Below are positions 1 to 12,556 of a DNA stretch of 64,000 bases, one piece after another (within the stretch, counting starts at the first letter, position 1; each line of letters begins with the position of its first letter). The notes below the pieces were generated by a model, which was given only the letters and a program-made list of their open reading frames with translations, did no database searches and was not told where the DNA came from. A program made the translations under genes and the position numbers. The stretch is from Phoronis australis (taxonomy: Eukaryota; Animalia; Phoronida): positions 334,208 through 398,207 of the forward strand of contig NMRA01000307.1 in NCBI GenBank assembly GCA_002633005.1, in the 5' to 3' direction.

Positions 1-279
1 GTGTCACCACAGCCATGTAAAACCATTTCCAATGGATTTGTTGACCCACAAAACATAGATAAACCTTTTTGAATTTTTACTCTATCACATTCCGCTCTTG
101 AGTTATAGTGCACATCAGAAAATCTGGCGGCCATTTTATCCGCCATCTTGAAAAACCAACTTCCGCCACTCCGATTCCGGTAGACTTTTTTTCCACTAAG
201 GGGTGTGAAAGGATACGATTTATGCAGTAAAACCTTCTGTTGCAATTTTTTCCGGGTTATCCGTAGAATGACTGGACTA
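1..279. mobile_element. Right end of a non-autonomous DNA transposon (Academ-like TAGTCC terminus)
   Basis: Ends in ...gcaattttttccgggttatccgtagaatgactggacta (reverse complement starts TAGTCCAGT) and carries ggcggccattt/cgccatcttg subterminal motifs. Family assignment is from memory of Academ-type termini. Confidence 0.4.
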
Positions 280-1043
280 TTAGGGAATAAAACGAAACGC
301 CGTGACAAGCCATTTCCTAGAACCTGGTTTACGAGCAATAGTGAACTGTCAATTCTTTCAAACCAAAACTTCCCTAATTTGGAACGAACAAGTTGAGCCT
401 CACTTCATAACTATATGTGGCATAAGTCGTTTTAGCCGAGAACAATTTTTAGCAGCTTTAAAGGAACGTGCAACGTGGTCGTTCGTACCCAGCATGTGAC
501 TTGGGGGGAGAGGGTTGCCAAGCTAAAGGAAGCGGACCAAACCCGGACTTCAATCGTCGATGTAAACTACTACCCTCGTCACATGAAATCCACCATACTT
601 CACGTGACGTAAGAATTGGGCATAACTACCCATCACTGGATATGAACAAAAATATCCAATTGCTGAGGATGTGGCTAGTTACAGTGTTCAAGGGAGCTTG
701 TTATGTTGTGGCTTCCTGACTCTCGTTTTATCTGGGAGAATAAAGAAGCTAAATATAAGTGAAATGTGACTTGATGAAATTGACTGCCGGGTAACACAGG
801 ATGAAAATTAAAATCACCATTTCTGAGTTATGATAAGGATACAGTGACAAAAGCTTAAGAAAACTGACGTGAAATGACGTCAAACTAGGTGTCTATAGCA
901 GCTGGCTAATTGTTCTCAGAAAAGCACAGCGAGTTCAGTTGAACAAATGTATATGCATTGATAGACAGCACTAGAAAACTGAATAGCTTACTGGCTACAA
1001 AATACACTATCTTTCTCAAAGTATCATGCACCCCAAGTCAAAT

Positions 1044-4000
1044 CTTAGAAAAATGACCAAATTTGGCTAACTTCGGAACATCGTACTATATTTCGGAAAA
1101 AGGTGATCGGATTATTTGAAACTTGGTTTGTGCAATGTTCTTCAAAATGCGGTTAGGAATTGTTCTTAAAATGTCCCATTTTTGTATGAGAAGCTATAAA
1201 AATTTAGACTTTTTGAATTTTGATGATTATACAGTGACCGAGTGTGGGGTGTGCGGCTTCCTAAAAATTTCTTTATTCTTGGGAGGTCGAACCGTGCAGC
1301 CAATCCTAGTTGAACTAGGATGCTGTACTACTCGGCCTGCGACAGGCATTTTACGGCGCCTAGAAAAGCATTGTTCTGCTGAAAAGGTTGCTTTGTACCA
1401 AGGCTACTGAAAAGGTTGCCAAATTCCGGGCAAAGAATTACAAACCAATCAAAACTGGATAAAACATGAATTCGGCAAAACTCAAAGACCAGTCACATTA
1501 AATTCAGTCTCATGTCGTCCCACTTTGACGAAGCAGACCGAAGCTTTGACCCACACGCGGCCTCGAATCAAAGATACTATATAAAATCTTTGCTCGAATG
1601 TGACTCTGTCCACAGGCAGTATACCCAAAGAGGACACTTCCCTGGTTTGTATTATGTACATGTATCACATAGACGAAAAAACGGGCATGTCATATTCGTT
1701 CATTGCAAGCCACTCGCCTTTTGTTGAAATTAACCACGTGAGTGTCAAAAATCAATTTCTCTAATTTAGGACGCTTACTCTTGTTTGAAATCACACTCAT
1801 CTTGTGCGGTTTCAGTCTAATAATTTTCTTATCGCGGGGGGGTATAAAGGCCATTAGGGAAATTACAAGCTATTTATCAGTCATTTTGGTCAAACAAAGA
1901 ATACGAATGCAATGATATTGCTTCTGAAAAAAAATTATTTTTTGCACTAGCGTTAAAAGAATATAAAACTTGTTGATAGAATTACTAAACACTAATTTAT
2001 CAGAAGAACACTACCTCCATCTCGGAAATTTTAAAGTTTAGAGACGTAGGCACGTAGTTGTATACAGTTCCACGCATGTCATAAAGATCAACTGGTGCAG
2101 TCTCAGTGGTCTTTGTAGCATACTAGTGTTGGTGCGGAAATCAAGTGAGTAATTGAGGAATGCTACGAAATCAATTTCATAAGAGTAAAAGTCCTAATTC
2201 CATTTAGAGCGAAATGTTGTTTTTGAGAGTTCATATTCATACCTTTCTGGCAACTGGATTGTTTAGGACTCGAGCTTGGGTGAGATCCTTGTGAACAGCG
2301 GCTTCCATTGCATCAACGCCATCTGACGGCAGTTCGAGGCGTTCACAAATCGCGGCTTTCAACTGCAGCAGTCTGTCAGTGGGACAAACGCATCCATTAA
2401 TCTGCGAATACAAAGGGGACTTCTCGTTATGGACAACGTGTGAAAGTTTCTGGTCCTCTTGCTGTAACACAAGATGAACAAGATGTATCCTTCACACAAG
2501 ATATTATGTCCATCAGGTTCATTCGATGAGAATGGCCGCATGAAATGGTCCGATCATAAAGTAGTTTATCGAGTATTTCGTTGAATTGGGAGGAAAAATA
2601 TTAACCGAAGTCTTTATGTTTGTAACCTTCAGAAATTTCCATAAGGTGAACGATGAATATAGCTAATAAAGTTTTGATCTTGGAGATTTTCCTGTAAAAA
2701 TGAGAAACTCGTTATTATCTTAATATAGCGGCTCAGTTTCCGTTTGCTCTAGGTTCGCAAGTACTAAATGAGTCGCCTGAGGTAAGCCTAAAACCAAAAC
2801 CCACGGAATATTTCAGAACTAAATTTTCAACCGTGTATTAAAAACGCAGAGATTTTCTCAGGAACGTCTCTTTTCAAGAAGAACAAATACCTTATTGTTT
2901 TCCTGTCCGTCTAGTGTTAGCTACGCCTGTTCCCTGAAATTAACGTCAAGCTCACAGTCTGCTTAGAATAATACCACATCAGTGCCGCTATTTTGTCTAA
3001 CACAAATTTACAGGAAATAGCGACCTTCATCAGGAACACATTGTCGAAAAGGGGAAACTTATGACGTATTTTAACGTGTTTTTTTCAAATGTGACTTGAA
3101 AAGGAATTGTTGTGCAATCCAATCATTGTGTTGCACATTTCAGTGATATGTTCGGCAGACAAACGGGTGAGAATTGGCGAATTGCAACAAAGTAACAAAA
3201 CAACAGATTTTCTTGTTTCATCACTCTGGTACGTCATAGCTTATGACTTCCGGAAGTCTATCCTATCCAATGAAAATCCCCAAAATACATTTTTCGACCG
3301 TAAAACCGATAATGTCCCCTAATGAGGAATTTCTCGCTACACATTTCCTTCTGCAATAAAACACTTCCTGTGCTCTCAAACCACCTCGAGGAGGGAACCG
3401 ACATTACGCAGTTCCATGGTAAAACTGTGAAAATTGGTTCACGAATACAGATAACGTATTCACAAGAAGCAGCAATTCTGCGTGATAAGTTAATTGCAGT
3501 TCAACACAAGAAAAAAATTGTTTCACTCATTAAATTAGAACGTATTGGCTGTTTGAAAGGCATAAACAGATTTTTATTTATTTAACGTTATGTGGGACCT
3601 TATCCACAAGCGAGTGTAATAACCCTAATGTATACACAACTATAAACATTTAACTCAGTAAAAGTATAAATTTTATGAAAGAAAAAGACTGTAGAATTTA
3701 ACTTTTAATTTGACCTCGTAACCCTGTCTTTTACAAACTTTAGCAAAAAGAAAGGTGCGTTGGAAACAAAAAAAACAACTGTATCAATGACATGACCAAA
3801 CTTCGTTTGATGTGAATTTAAAGTTAAAATCTCAATAAGGTTGTCCTTTCGTTTTAGTTTTATGTAACTTTTGAGTTTTTTTCAAAAATATCACAAAATT
3901 CTATTTTTGAAAACCCCTCAGGCAAAAGTGGAACATTTTAAATAACAACCGCTAATAACGTTTTGGAAAACGGTGCGTAAAGCATAGTATCAAAAAGTTT

Positions 4001-4075
4001 CAAGTCGATCGAATCAACTATTTATGAAATCTAAAGTTCCGACGTTAGCCATATTTGGACATTTTTCTAGTGTCT
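1044..4075. mobile_element. Old ~3 kb element bounded by diverged inverted arms, with decayed coding-like interior
   Basis: About 1044-1230 (tagaaaaatgaccaaatttggctaacttcggaac...aaaatgtcccattttt) matches the reverse complement of about 3880-4075 (aaaagtggaacattttaaa...gttccgacgttagccatatttggacatttttctag). The interior minus strand has broken protein-like frames (2243-2660) and a GT donor at 2242. Confidence 0.5.
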
Positions 4076-4933
4076 TAGATAGCATTAAATCTGCCAAGGA
4101 GGTCTGTTTCCATTGGTACGTAATGCGTGATGCGTGTAGCAATAAAAATAAAGTAAAATAAAATAAAGTAAAATAAAATAAATGTTTTCATTTTTCCGCA
4201 GTTTATAAAATTTACATTTTGTGGATTTATCATTAGCGCATGTCCACGTCTGCTAATGAACAGGTCCAGATATCCCTGACACTATTATGCGCAGCCCTAA
4301 AGCCAGAGGCGTTTGAACTTTAAATCGCTCAGCGATAATCATTCATACTTTGTTCACAGGCACGATCAGAGTTAATCGAGCATTGCAAGCATGGTTATAT
4401 AATGTAATAAACAGCTCTGCCTATCAAAGTATCAAATTGTCTTTTGAAAAGGTACACAATTTCAATAATTAACGATTCCAGATATACGTAGAACAAAAAA
4501 ATAACTGAAATCGGTGTTCGAATCATAAAAATCGGTTCCCTATAACTTGATTGTAGCTCGTTTGTACTCATCGGAGAGCTAGTGTTTGATAGTGGGCAGA
4601 GAATGTGGGGAAAATCCTGATGTTAGTTCTTGAGAACCCCTAGTTTGACCTCTAGGTAATTGGAATAGGTGTTCACTGTATACTGGAGTTGTTTTGGCCA
4701 TGTACTGCATGGTTTTATTCAATAAACAAGATGGCTTTACTGGTCGCCTGTGTTTCTCTGGATCTTTATTCTTTGTTCATGATAACATACAGTAATTTGT
4801 GTTCTGTATAGGTATACGAATTGCTACTTCATCAATCCTAAAATCAGACACAGCTACGTGTACGAATTATTTTTCCCTCGGACACTTGCTGTGCGAATTA
4901 ATAGAGAGAAACGGCACGTATCAAGGGTCGTGG

Positions 4934-4981
4934 TGTACGGACTGTTAGAGTGTACGGACTGTTAGAGTGTACGAACTGTTA
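4934..4981. repeat. Short tandem repeat (gtgtacggactgttaga-like, ~3 copies)
   Basis: Directly visible. Confidence 0.8.
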
Positions 4982-5397
4982 AAACTGCCTTCACCCAGTA
5001 GACGTGTGCTCTAAGCAAGTCAAAAGATATGGGAATGACCCTCTTGGGATCGCTGGATAATGAGTCGATCCAAGCGGGTATTCAACGATGCCATGCAAAG
5101 ACGTAATCAGGGATAGAATATACATAACGGGGGGTGGTTCTGTTTTCATGACGACGGCGATAGGTTTTCTATTGAAAGTTCATGCCAAGAAACACAATGC
5201 AGCGGCAATTTAACTAATCCGGCGTCAAAATGGCAATTGCTTACCCTCCGCCCTTGGTAAGGGACAAATTTGTGCGTTACCCAAAAATGTAAAACGACTG
5301 CCACATGCTCGATGGTTCCGCCCTGCGTGCCAGCTAGGGGGAAGGGGTCCTCCACAAGCGGACATGCAGGGAACCAGCAAGTACTACATTTAGTTAT

Positions 5398-6112
5398 TCA
5401 CGTGCAGCACGTGCTGTCAGCCTCCTGGAAAAGTTTGAGAGCTACAATAGCAAGGTTTGGCTGTGGATCAACCCGTGAATTTCTACTTGCTGAATTGTGT
5501 TTTAAAAGCGTGTCAAACGATTTTTTTTCAAAAACGCACCATTGTATTCGGATATATGAAAACGTGAAAATGTCTTGGTTATCTTTATGGGCGTGTGCGT
5601 CGTTTTGTTTTCCTTTGGCAGAATTTTAGCTTATACTGAAATGTGTAAAATGGTCCATGTCGTTCACTAATTTAAGACCGTGTGAGTACAATTGTGCAGA
5701 AACTAAGGTCGAATTCAATTTTACAGCCTATGGACGAGACTGTACTTAAAATAAGAATATCTTAAATGAAATACACCACGTAAAACGGGCATACCTTTCT
5801 ACCCTTACTTTGAAGCCAATTCACAATCTGTTCAGACACTTCGGTTACGTCAAAACATCCATCATCGCTTTTCCTGTCTCCTAAGAGTTGGAGGAAACCC
5901 GTGCATTCGTAGTCGTCGATGTAACCTGTCTCCACCAGTCGTTTGCACCAATATTCGTTGGAGTCTATTGGCAGAAGTACCATGGTAATGGAAGATATGC
6001 CATGAGTTGTTTTCAAATTTTTCCATATACACGTCTCCAGCTCTTCTTCACTGCTGACGAAAGGTTTAGAAGCAAGAAAAAGGAGATGTTTACCTCTAAG
6101 TTCGAAAGACAT
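5398..6112 (-). CDS. Candidate orphan gene, unknown product. Exon 1 is 6112-5795 (106 codons); exon 2 starts at 5424; first TGA at 5400-5398 gives 114 aa
   Basis: TATAAAAG on the minus strand at 6153-6146; ATG at 6112; open frame MSFELRGKHLLFLASKPF...NWLQSKGRK; donor AAG|GTATGC; phase-matched acceptor ctcaaacttttccag|GAG at 5424 giving EADSTCCT*. No homolog recognised. Confidence 0.45.
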
Positions 6113-6823
6113 GATGTTAACTAACAACAAACCTATACCCACGGACTTTTATAAGAGAAGTGCTTGTGTACGAACTGCAACCATCATTCGGTTTCGTGCA
6201 GCGGGTTCATGCGTCAGTCGCTAGCGCTACTCAAAAGCGCAGGTGCCGTGCTGCCACTGGAACGGGCATATGTAACACTAATTAGTACACCAACGCATTG
6301 GCCCTCTGGGTGACACCCGCCCCCACAGGATTGGCAAAATAGCCAGATTATCAGCTTCACAATCGCAATTAGCAATGCTATTCTGCAATTCCACACAGAT
6401 ATATCACCCTCGACGTTACAATTGCATTCATCAACAAAAACGTATTACAGATGTCCTTGGTGATTTCAAGATACACTGTCGATGTTTGTTGACGACGGAT
6501 GAATCAGATAAATAAAGAAGTTTTCGGCCTAAAAAACTAACGATTGATGTAGCAAGCTGGACTCACTAAGCCACCACTTTCTTACTTTGACTGAGTGTTT
6601 ACTTTAAGTGCCTGGTCCGATCAATCCAGGTTCAAATACTGGACTGTAATTTGAGATCAGAATTTGAATCCACAGTGGATACTGCCATCATGAAGAGCAT
6701 TACGTGACAGCCTGATGATTCAGTGCTTACTCTGAATAAATGAGCCTAGATTTTGCTGAACCCCTCCCCCCGTAGATCCGCCACTGTGAGGGGAAATGAA
6801 CCATGAGGGTTTTACGTCTTATG

Positions 6824-7189
6824 CCCAGTAAACATGCAGGTACTGGGCCAATACTGGCCCTGAACTGTCTTCTGTATTGACCCAATGACGTAGGCCAGTA
6901 AAATTTTGCACACCTGCTGGGTATTGGGCCGGTATAAGATTTCGATTTCGGGCCAGTAAAGGGCCAGTACCAGGTCATTACTGGCCCTATAAACCAAAAA
7001 CGGGTTTCGGCCCTATAAAGTGCCAGTATCGACAGACTGTTGGCCCTGCACAGGGCCATTGATGGGCTCATATAAAGCCAGTATACTAATTACATGGGCG
7101 AAAGTGCAGTGATGGGCCAGTACAGTGCCAATATTGAACCACTAATGTTGCCTTTACAGGCCCAGTGCAGGAATATTACTGTTTGTGGG
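6824..7189. mobile_element. Non-autonomous CACTA/EnSpm-like element
   Basis: Termini cccagtaaacat.../...actgtttgtggg, with many internal actggccc/gggccagt motifs in both orientations. Confidence 0.6.
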
Positions 7190-8220
7190 TATAACGAAAC
7201 AACAGGTTTGTTTTTTTCAATGTTTCAGGTTTTTAACTCCTACAACCTTTGCTTTGTTGGTCATTTCAATCCTATTGCATGTGCAGCTGTGACTTACAAG
7301 AAGAAAAGGCTCTTGTTGTTTAATACTTTATGAATTCTATAAATAAAAGCTAAGCAACTAATTATTTTTTACAAAACTGTCTCGGGCTTGTTAGTGGACT
7401 GGCAGCTTCACACAGTCTTCGTCCTCTCTCCCTGTTGCCAGCGCTTCGGAACATGGGGCCTGTCTCTTTTACTGTAAAGCTTGCATCAGCAACACTGTGC
7501 TCCTTGATCACAATCCCTGAAATAAAACAACGCCTGCTTAGTATCTTAGAGTACAAATTAACAGACTCCACTATACAGTTTCCAGATAAGTTATGCATAA
7601 TAAGAATTACCTAACGACACTGTATACCATTCCAACACGAAACTTATTTGAAATGTATAATCTGCAAGATATACGTAAATGTTTCATCCTTTGTTAACAC
7701 AAGTATTACGTACAGCGGCGTTGGACTTCAGTTTCTTGTAATAAATATTTTCAGAAGTGACTTTTTATTCATTCCATTTCTTCCCAAAATGGATATTCCT
7801 AAAAAATGCTTCACAATCTGTTACAAAAAGTCTCGTGAGCATCAATTTATGGTTTTGCTCTGTGTTTACACACATATGCAATTGACACTGATGTGACCTT
7901 TTCAGCTTTGTCCCCAAGCCTCAAGATGGCGCTGATCGGTTTAGCTATTTGACGCTTGGTTACGGGAAATTACTTTCTGCGCAATGATTGACCGATACCT
8001 TGACGTCAAGACCGATTGTAATTATTTTCACATTACAGCCATTCATGCGACAGAAGGCATTGTTTTAGTTATTGTCTGACATAAAGGTTGAACTTATTTT
8101 CAATTCTTATTTATGAATTGAATAGTAAATAGTATTAATCTGTTTTCGAATCAAAATACATAATTTTCAGTGGCGGAAATTGAATAGTTAATAGTATTAA
8201 TCTGTTTTCGAATCAAAATA

Positions 8221-8510
8221 CAGTGACGGATTAAGGGGGGGGGGGCAGCAAGGGGGCCATGGCCCNCTACCAAATACCATATGGCAGTTTGGGTGCGAAT
8301 TGCTGACTAGCACATGCGCGCAACCGGGGTGACTCGGGGGGTGAATAAACACTGCATGATAGACCCTGAACAAACCCCGTTTACCGGTTTTTTAGTCAAA
8401 GATTCGAGACCCCTGCATCCCTACATTTTAGGTTGGGCGCGCGCATCTGCCGAAATTCTGGCTATTCCTGTGCCCTGGCCCCCCAACTCAAAATCCTGGA
8501 TCCACCCCTG
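8221..8510. mobile_element. MITE with CAG(T/G)G-type termini (hAT-like)
   Basis: cagtgacggattaagggggg... / ...ccccaactcaaaatcctggatccacccctg; G-run and C-run subtermini. Confidence 0.55.
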
Positions 8511-11229
8511 ACTTTTGCAATAATTTGGATCTAAATTGCTGCAATATACCGTTAGTTTTATTTTTATATAAAACTGCAGAAAGTTTCGAAATTACTTGTG
8601 ATATTCCAGCAATTCCCTTAAAAATTCTGACACATTTCATTTCCCCGCTTTACTAAAGATACTATAAAATAACATCTTTGGCATTACCAAGCCTCAAATG
8701 GCTTAACTGTTCAACACCATCTTGAGGCTTGGAGACGAGGCCGAGTGCTTTTTATATTGTAAGATGCCGCGCGTGTACAAGATCAGCAATGTTGTCAAAG
8801 TAAACATAGCAACAAAACAGGGATTGTTTACTTCCGTAAGATCACCAATAGCCCGCATTGTTTTGGATTTTGATATTTGGGAGTATGGAGTTTCGTTGTG
8901 AAACAACTAAAATGAGATTGAACATGTAAAATAGGCATATAATAAACAGATGAAAGTTCATAACCATCTTTAAAGCCCCACAGCACAGTTTCGGAGGTCA
9001 AATTCAAACTTAGGTAAAGCAACTTTGCATGGGAGAAACGGGTTGCAGAAGCAAATTTTTAACTCCACTTTATCCCTAGAACAACCATGTAAACTCTGTG
9101 TACGCTTATGGCCCAGTGCATGCCGAACTACTTAATTTACTCAGAAGTAGTACACTAACCGGAAAATTGATATTCGCGGAAATGCGCCAATTTCGATAGT
9201 TAGTTTGTAGTTGTAATGGAACACGTGTGACGACAAGAAGATGGCTAGCTTCGTAGTCAACGAAAGCGGGCAGTGGATGAGTTTGGTCGGTGGGCAAGAG
9301 CTGTGATTACATGTTTTATGACTGAGAAAAAGCTAGAATAGTTATATAGTTACTGCTATCAAAATTGTCCAGAGGTTCCAAATCTCCAGTTTGGCTATCA
9401 CCATATTTGCACTTATGTATATATTTTATGATTCGAGTACTAATAAAGGTTGAAATTGAATAAATGACACGTGTAGTTTTGTTTGCTGTGACTTGTTTGG
9501 TGTAGCTGTAATCTGGAAAATTCAGAGATGGGTTCACAATTAACCGACTTATAAGTTGTTTTGATACTTCGTTTAAAAACAAAATAAAAAGAGCAACAAT
9601 AATCCGTAAGAAAAAAAAAACGAGTAAATAGGAATATTAAAAATAAAGTAATGAAAACAGGTATGAAACATATTTAAAACCAACGTTACTTTGGGAAGTG
9701 GCCCTTTGTCAAGATCACCGCAAATTAATTTTTTAGTCTTTTTGTTATATTTAAAATGTACCAAGTTAAAACTACTCTCCACAGTGCAGACTTCATCTCA
9801 GTGCAAATATCAGAAAAACTCAATTTGGGTGTAATAGCAACCACCATTGTTAAGAAAGTAGTGCTCACTATCACCTTTCCACTTCATTAGCTCAGTTGTA
9901 CATCAATACAAAGAGCGTGCTAAATAGGCATCATAAAAGTTGACGGGCTTATGCAATCAGCGCCGTGACCAGTGTAAGCAAGAAATTCTCCTCATGTTAC
10001 TGCGAAAACCGGCAGCTGCCGATAGCTAATTTCCTGCAACTAAATGTATGGTCTGACAACAGAAATTTCCACCAAAGCCAAGAGTTCATTGTACTTCAAA
10101 CAAGAGTAGTCCACAAAGTCAAGATCAAACACAAGATAGGTTCTTGCATTCATTCTAAGTTACTAGTAAGTGATAAAATGAGCTATAAGTTGAAGTAAAT
10201 TACACGTAAATGGAAGTCTTCAGTGCAGACGAATTTTGACACAGGGGTTGCTTGCACAAACTCAATATTTTACCTTCGACAGGCGTACAAGAGAAAGCAC
10301 AGGTGAAATCCGCCATGTCAACTATTAAGCCTCCTTGAATTCAGGGTTTTGTGTTTGCTTTGGAAATTCTGTAACCAATTTACCATTCAAGTTCACAACC
10401 TGGACAATTCATTGGGATCAAGGAAAGATGGTGATAAGGTGAATGTTATTGGAGTATACTTTCAGCTGGCGAGCCTAAATCCTCAGAGTATTAAACATGA
10501 CATGTGTACAGACCAAGACTGTAAAAATAAAACAATGCAGAAGCGTGAGGTCCAAGTAGAATATCTTCGGTAGCCAATGAAAATCATTGTAACACCTCAC
10601 AACGCATGATAGCTCTCGCTCGCTCCTTGCAACTTGTCCTACATTTAAGCTAGGAACCATATTGGTTCCTAAATTTAAGATGTTCACTAGCAAAGGTAAG
10701 CAGTTTAGAAGTCAGTGATTATTTTGCCTCACTCTGTGCGGGTATTAATGATGTTAGATGAATTTCACTTAAAGACGGCGTAAAATGAGCAAACTGCCTA
10801 TTAGATATGTTAAATGCGTGTACTTTTTTGTGTAATATATCTTTGTTTGTTTCGTTTTATGGCCACACAACCACTCATTAATTACTACACATTTTATGCC
10901 CCCCCATAATATGTGCACCCATCAGAAACCCCCATTCATTTTCTTGACCTATCACAGTTAACTGGTGTATTGACATCATCTTTGTGACCACCACATTACC
11001 GCACTAACCACAGCATGAACAGCTGATCGCCTGCAGGGTCAGTCTAACATTTTAATGACTTAAAAGTTGTTTGCTCAAGGAACGTCACCAATTAGAAACA
11101 TCGCCGACTTTAGGCATCAGTGTAGGTTTATAACGCGATTACTAACCAAGACAATCGTGTCAGGTAAAGCACCTTTCGAACTCAACACACTGAACAGGGG
11201 CGTAGATCGCTATCGATTCACTCACGGCG

Positions 11230-11380
11230 AACCAGCCTCCCGTTCAGTAACGCTAGGACCTCGCTAAAAAGCAAGACTTCGCGAGATTACGTGAGATATT
11301 GCCGTGTATTTTAAATACGAACACGTGACGATGAGTAGATTTTAGCTAGGTCCTAGCGTCTACTGAACGCACGCCAGGTT
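11230..11380. repeat. Small hairpin/MITE with ~40-bp inverted arms
   Basis: gttcagtaacgctaggacctcgctaaaaa pairs with tttttagctaggtcctagcgtctactgaacg. Confidence 0.7.
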
Positions 11381-12556
11381 TCTAAGTATTTGCAGCCTTG
11401 AAAAGACCCATACAACAGCTACGTTTCGTACTAAATCTGATAGCCGTAAACTTACCGAACTTTGTGGTGGAAAAAACAGATTTATTTTTTATGTAAGATG
11501 TCCTGATTATCCACTAACAATATCCCATGCAATAAATCACTGCGGCACGGGTCGGTCCCACTGAACTCATAGTTCTCCGCCTGCCAGTGTGGGCAGACCT
11601 AAGGCACCAACACATGCCAACTACCAGAGTGACAAATTGTGTAGGCTCAATGTGGCTTTGTGAGATGTTATGTGTTGAAGACATGAGTAGTGAATCAATA
11701 TACATAAATTACTAGACAACTGAGCTATCAATATCCAGAAATTTCCAGCTACAGGCACCAAACGACAAGCGAGGGCCATTAAGCAGTGTAAACATGTCTG
11801 AGTTTCCAGTTGTCAGGGGGGAGGGGGGGGGGGGTTTGCTTGACTGTAACTGGAGACATCTCCTCATAGCGTTGAGACTTTCCATGGTTGTTACTTAATC
11901 AAAGACTTTCACAAACATGTCCTTCCCACATTAACCGTTTCTAATTTATAATCAGTGCACTTTCATCAGGATTACTTTTTGCTGAGGTACGAGTCCAAAA
12001 GAACTCACACTAGAACCTTTAAGGCTATTACCATTTTTATATATGAAATTCTCAAATCTCGAACTTGGATCCATCAAAAAAACAACAATGAACAAGATAC
12101 CTATACATAAAAATAAATTTATTTTGGAAGGTCACTTCAAATTAAAAAGTAGTAAAAAACTAGACTCACAAATAAATAAACTAAACTTCCTTCACATGTT
12201 TTGACATTGATCAGCTCACAAAATGTCAAGTGAGATACANATTGTCTGATTACTTTTGTCTTGTGGTGTAGCTGTATTGTCTGATTACTTTTGTCTTTTG
12301 CTGTAGCTGTCATGAAACATAAGGGGGCATAATTCACATTACTTATAACACTTAAGTTGGCCTTTCAAAAACAAAATTCAACCCAATCTGGAAGTGACAC
12401 CATGAGACGTGTGTCTCATCTTTACAATTAGCCATGTCTTTACAAAATTCTCTCATCAATTGTAACAAAGCAATTTTCAATAATAACATGTCTGCAATCA
12501 CACTTATCAAACATAATAAATAACAAAAGAGAACTAGTGCTCTTTGTAACACTAAA

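Noticed and set aside
5105-5150. SECIS candidate (ATGAA...CTGAT on the minus strand)
   Set aside because: The stem above the putative core pairs poorly and there is no apical AA; not convincing by eye.
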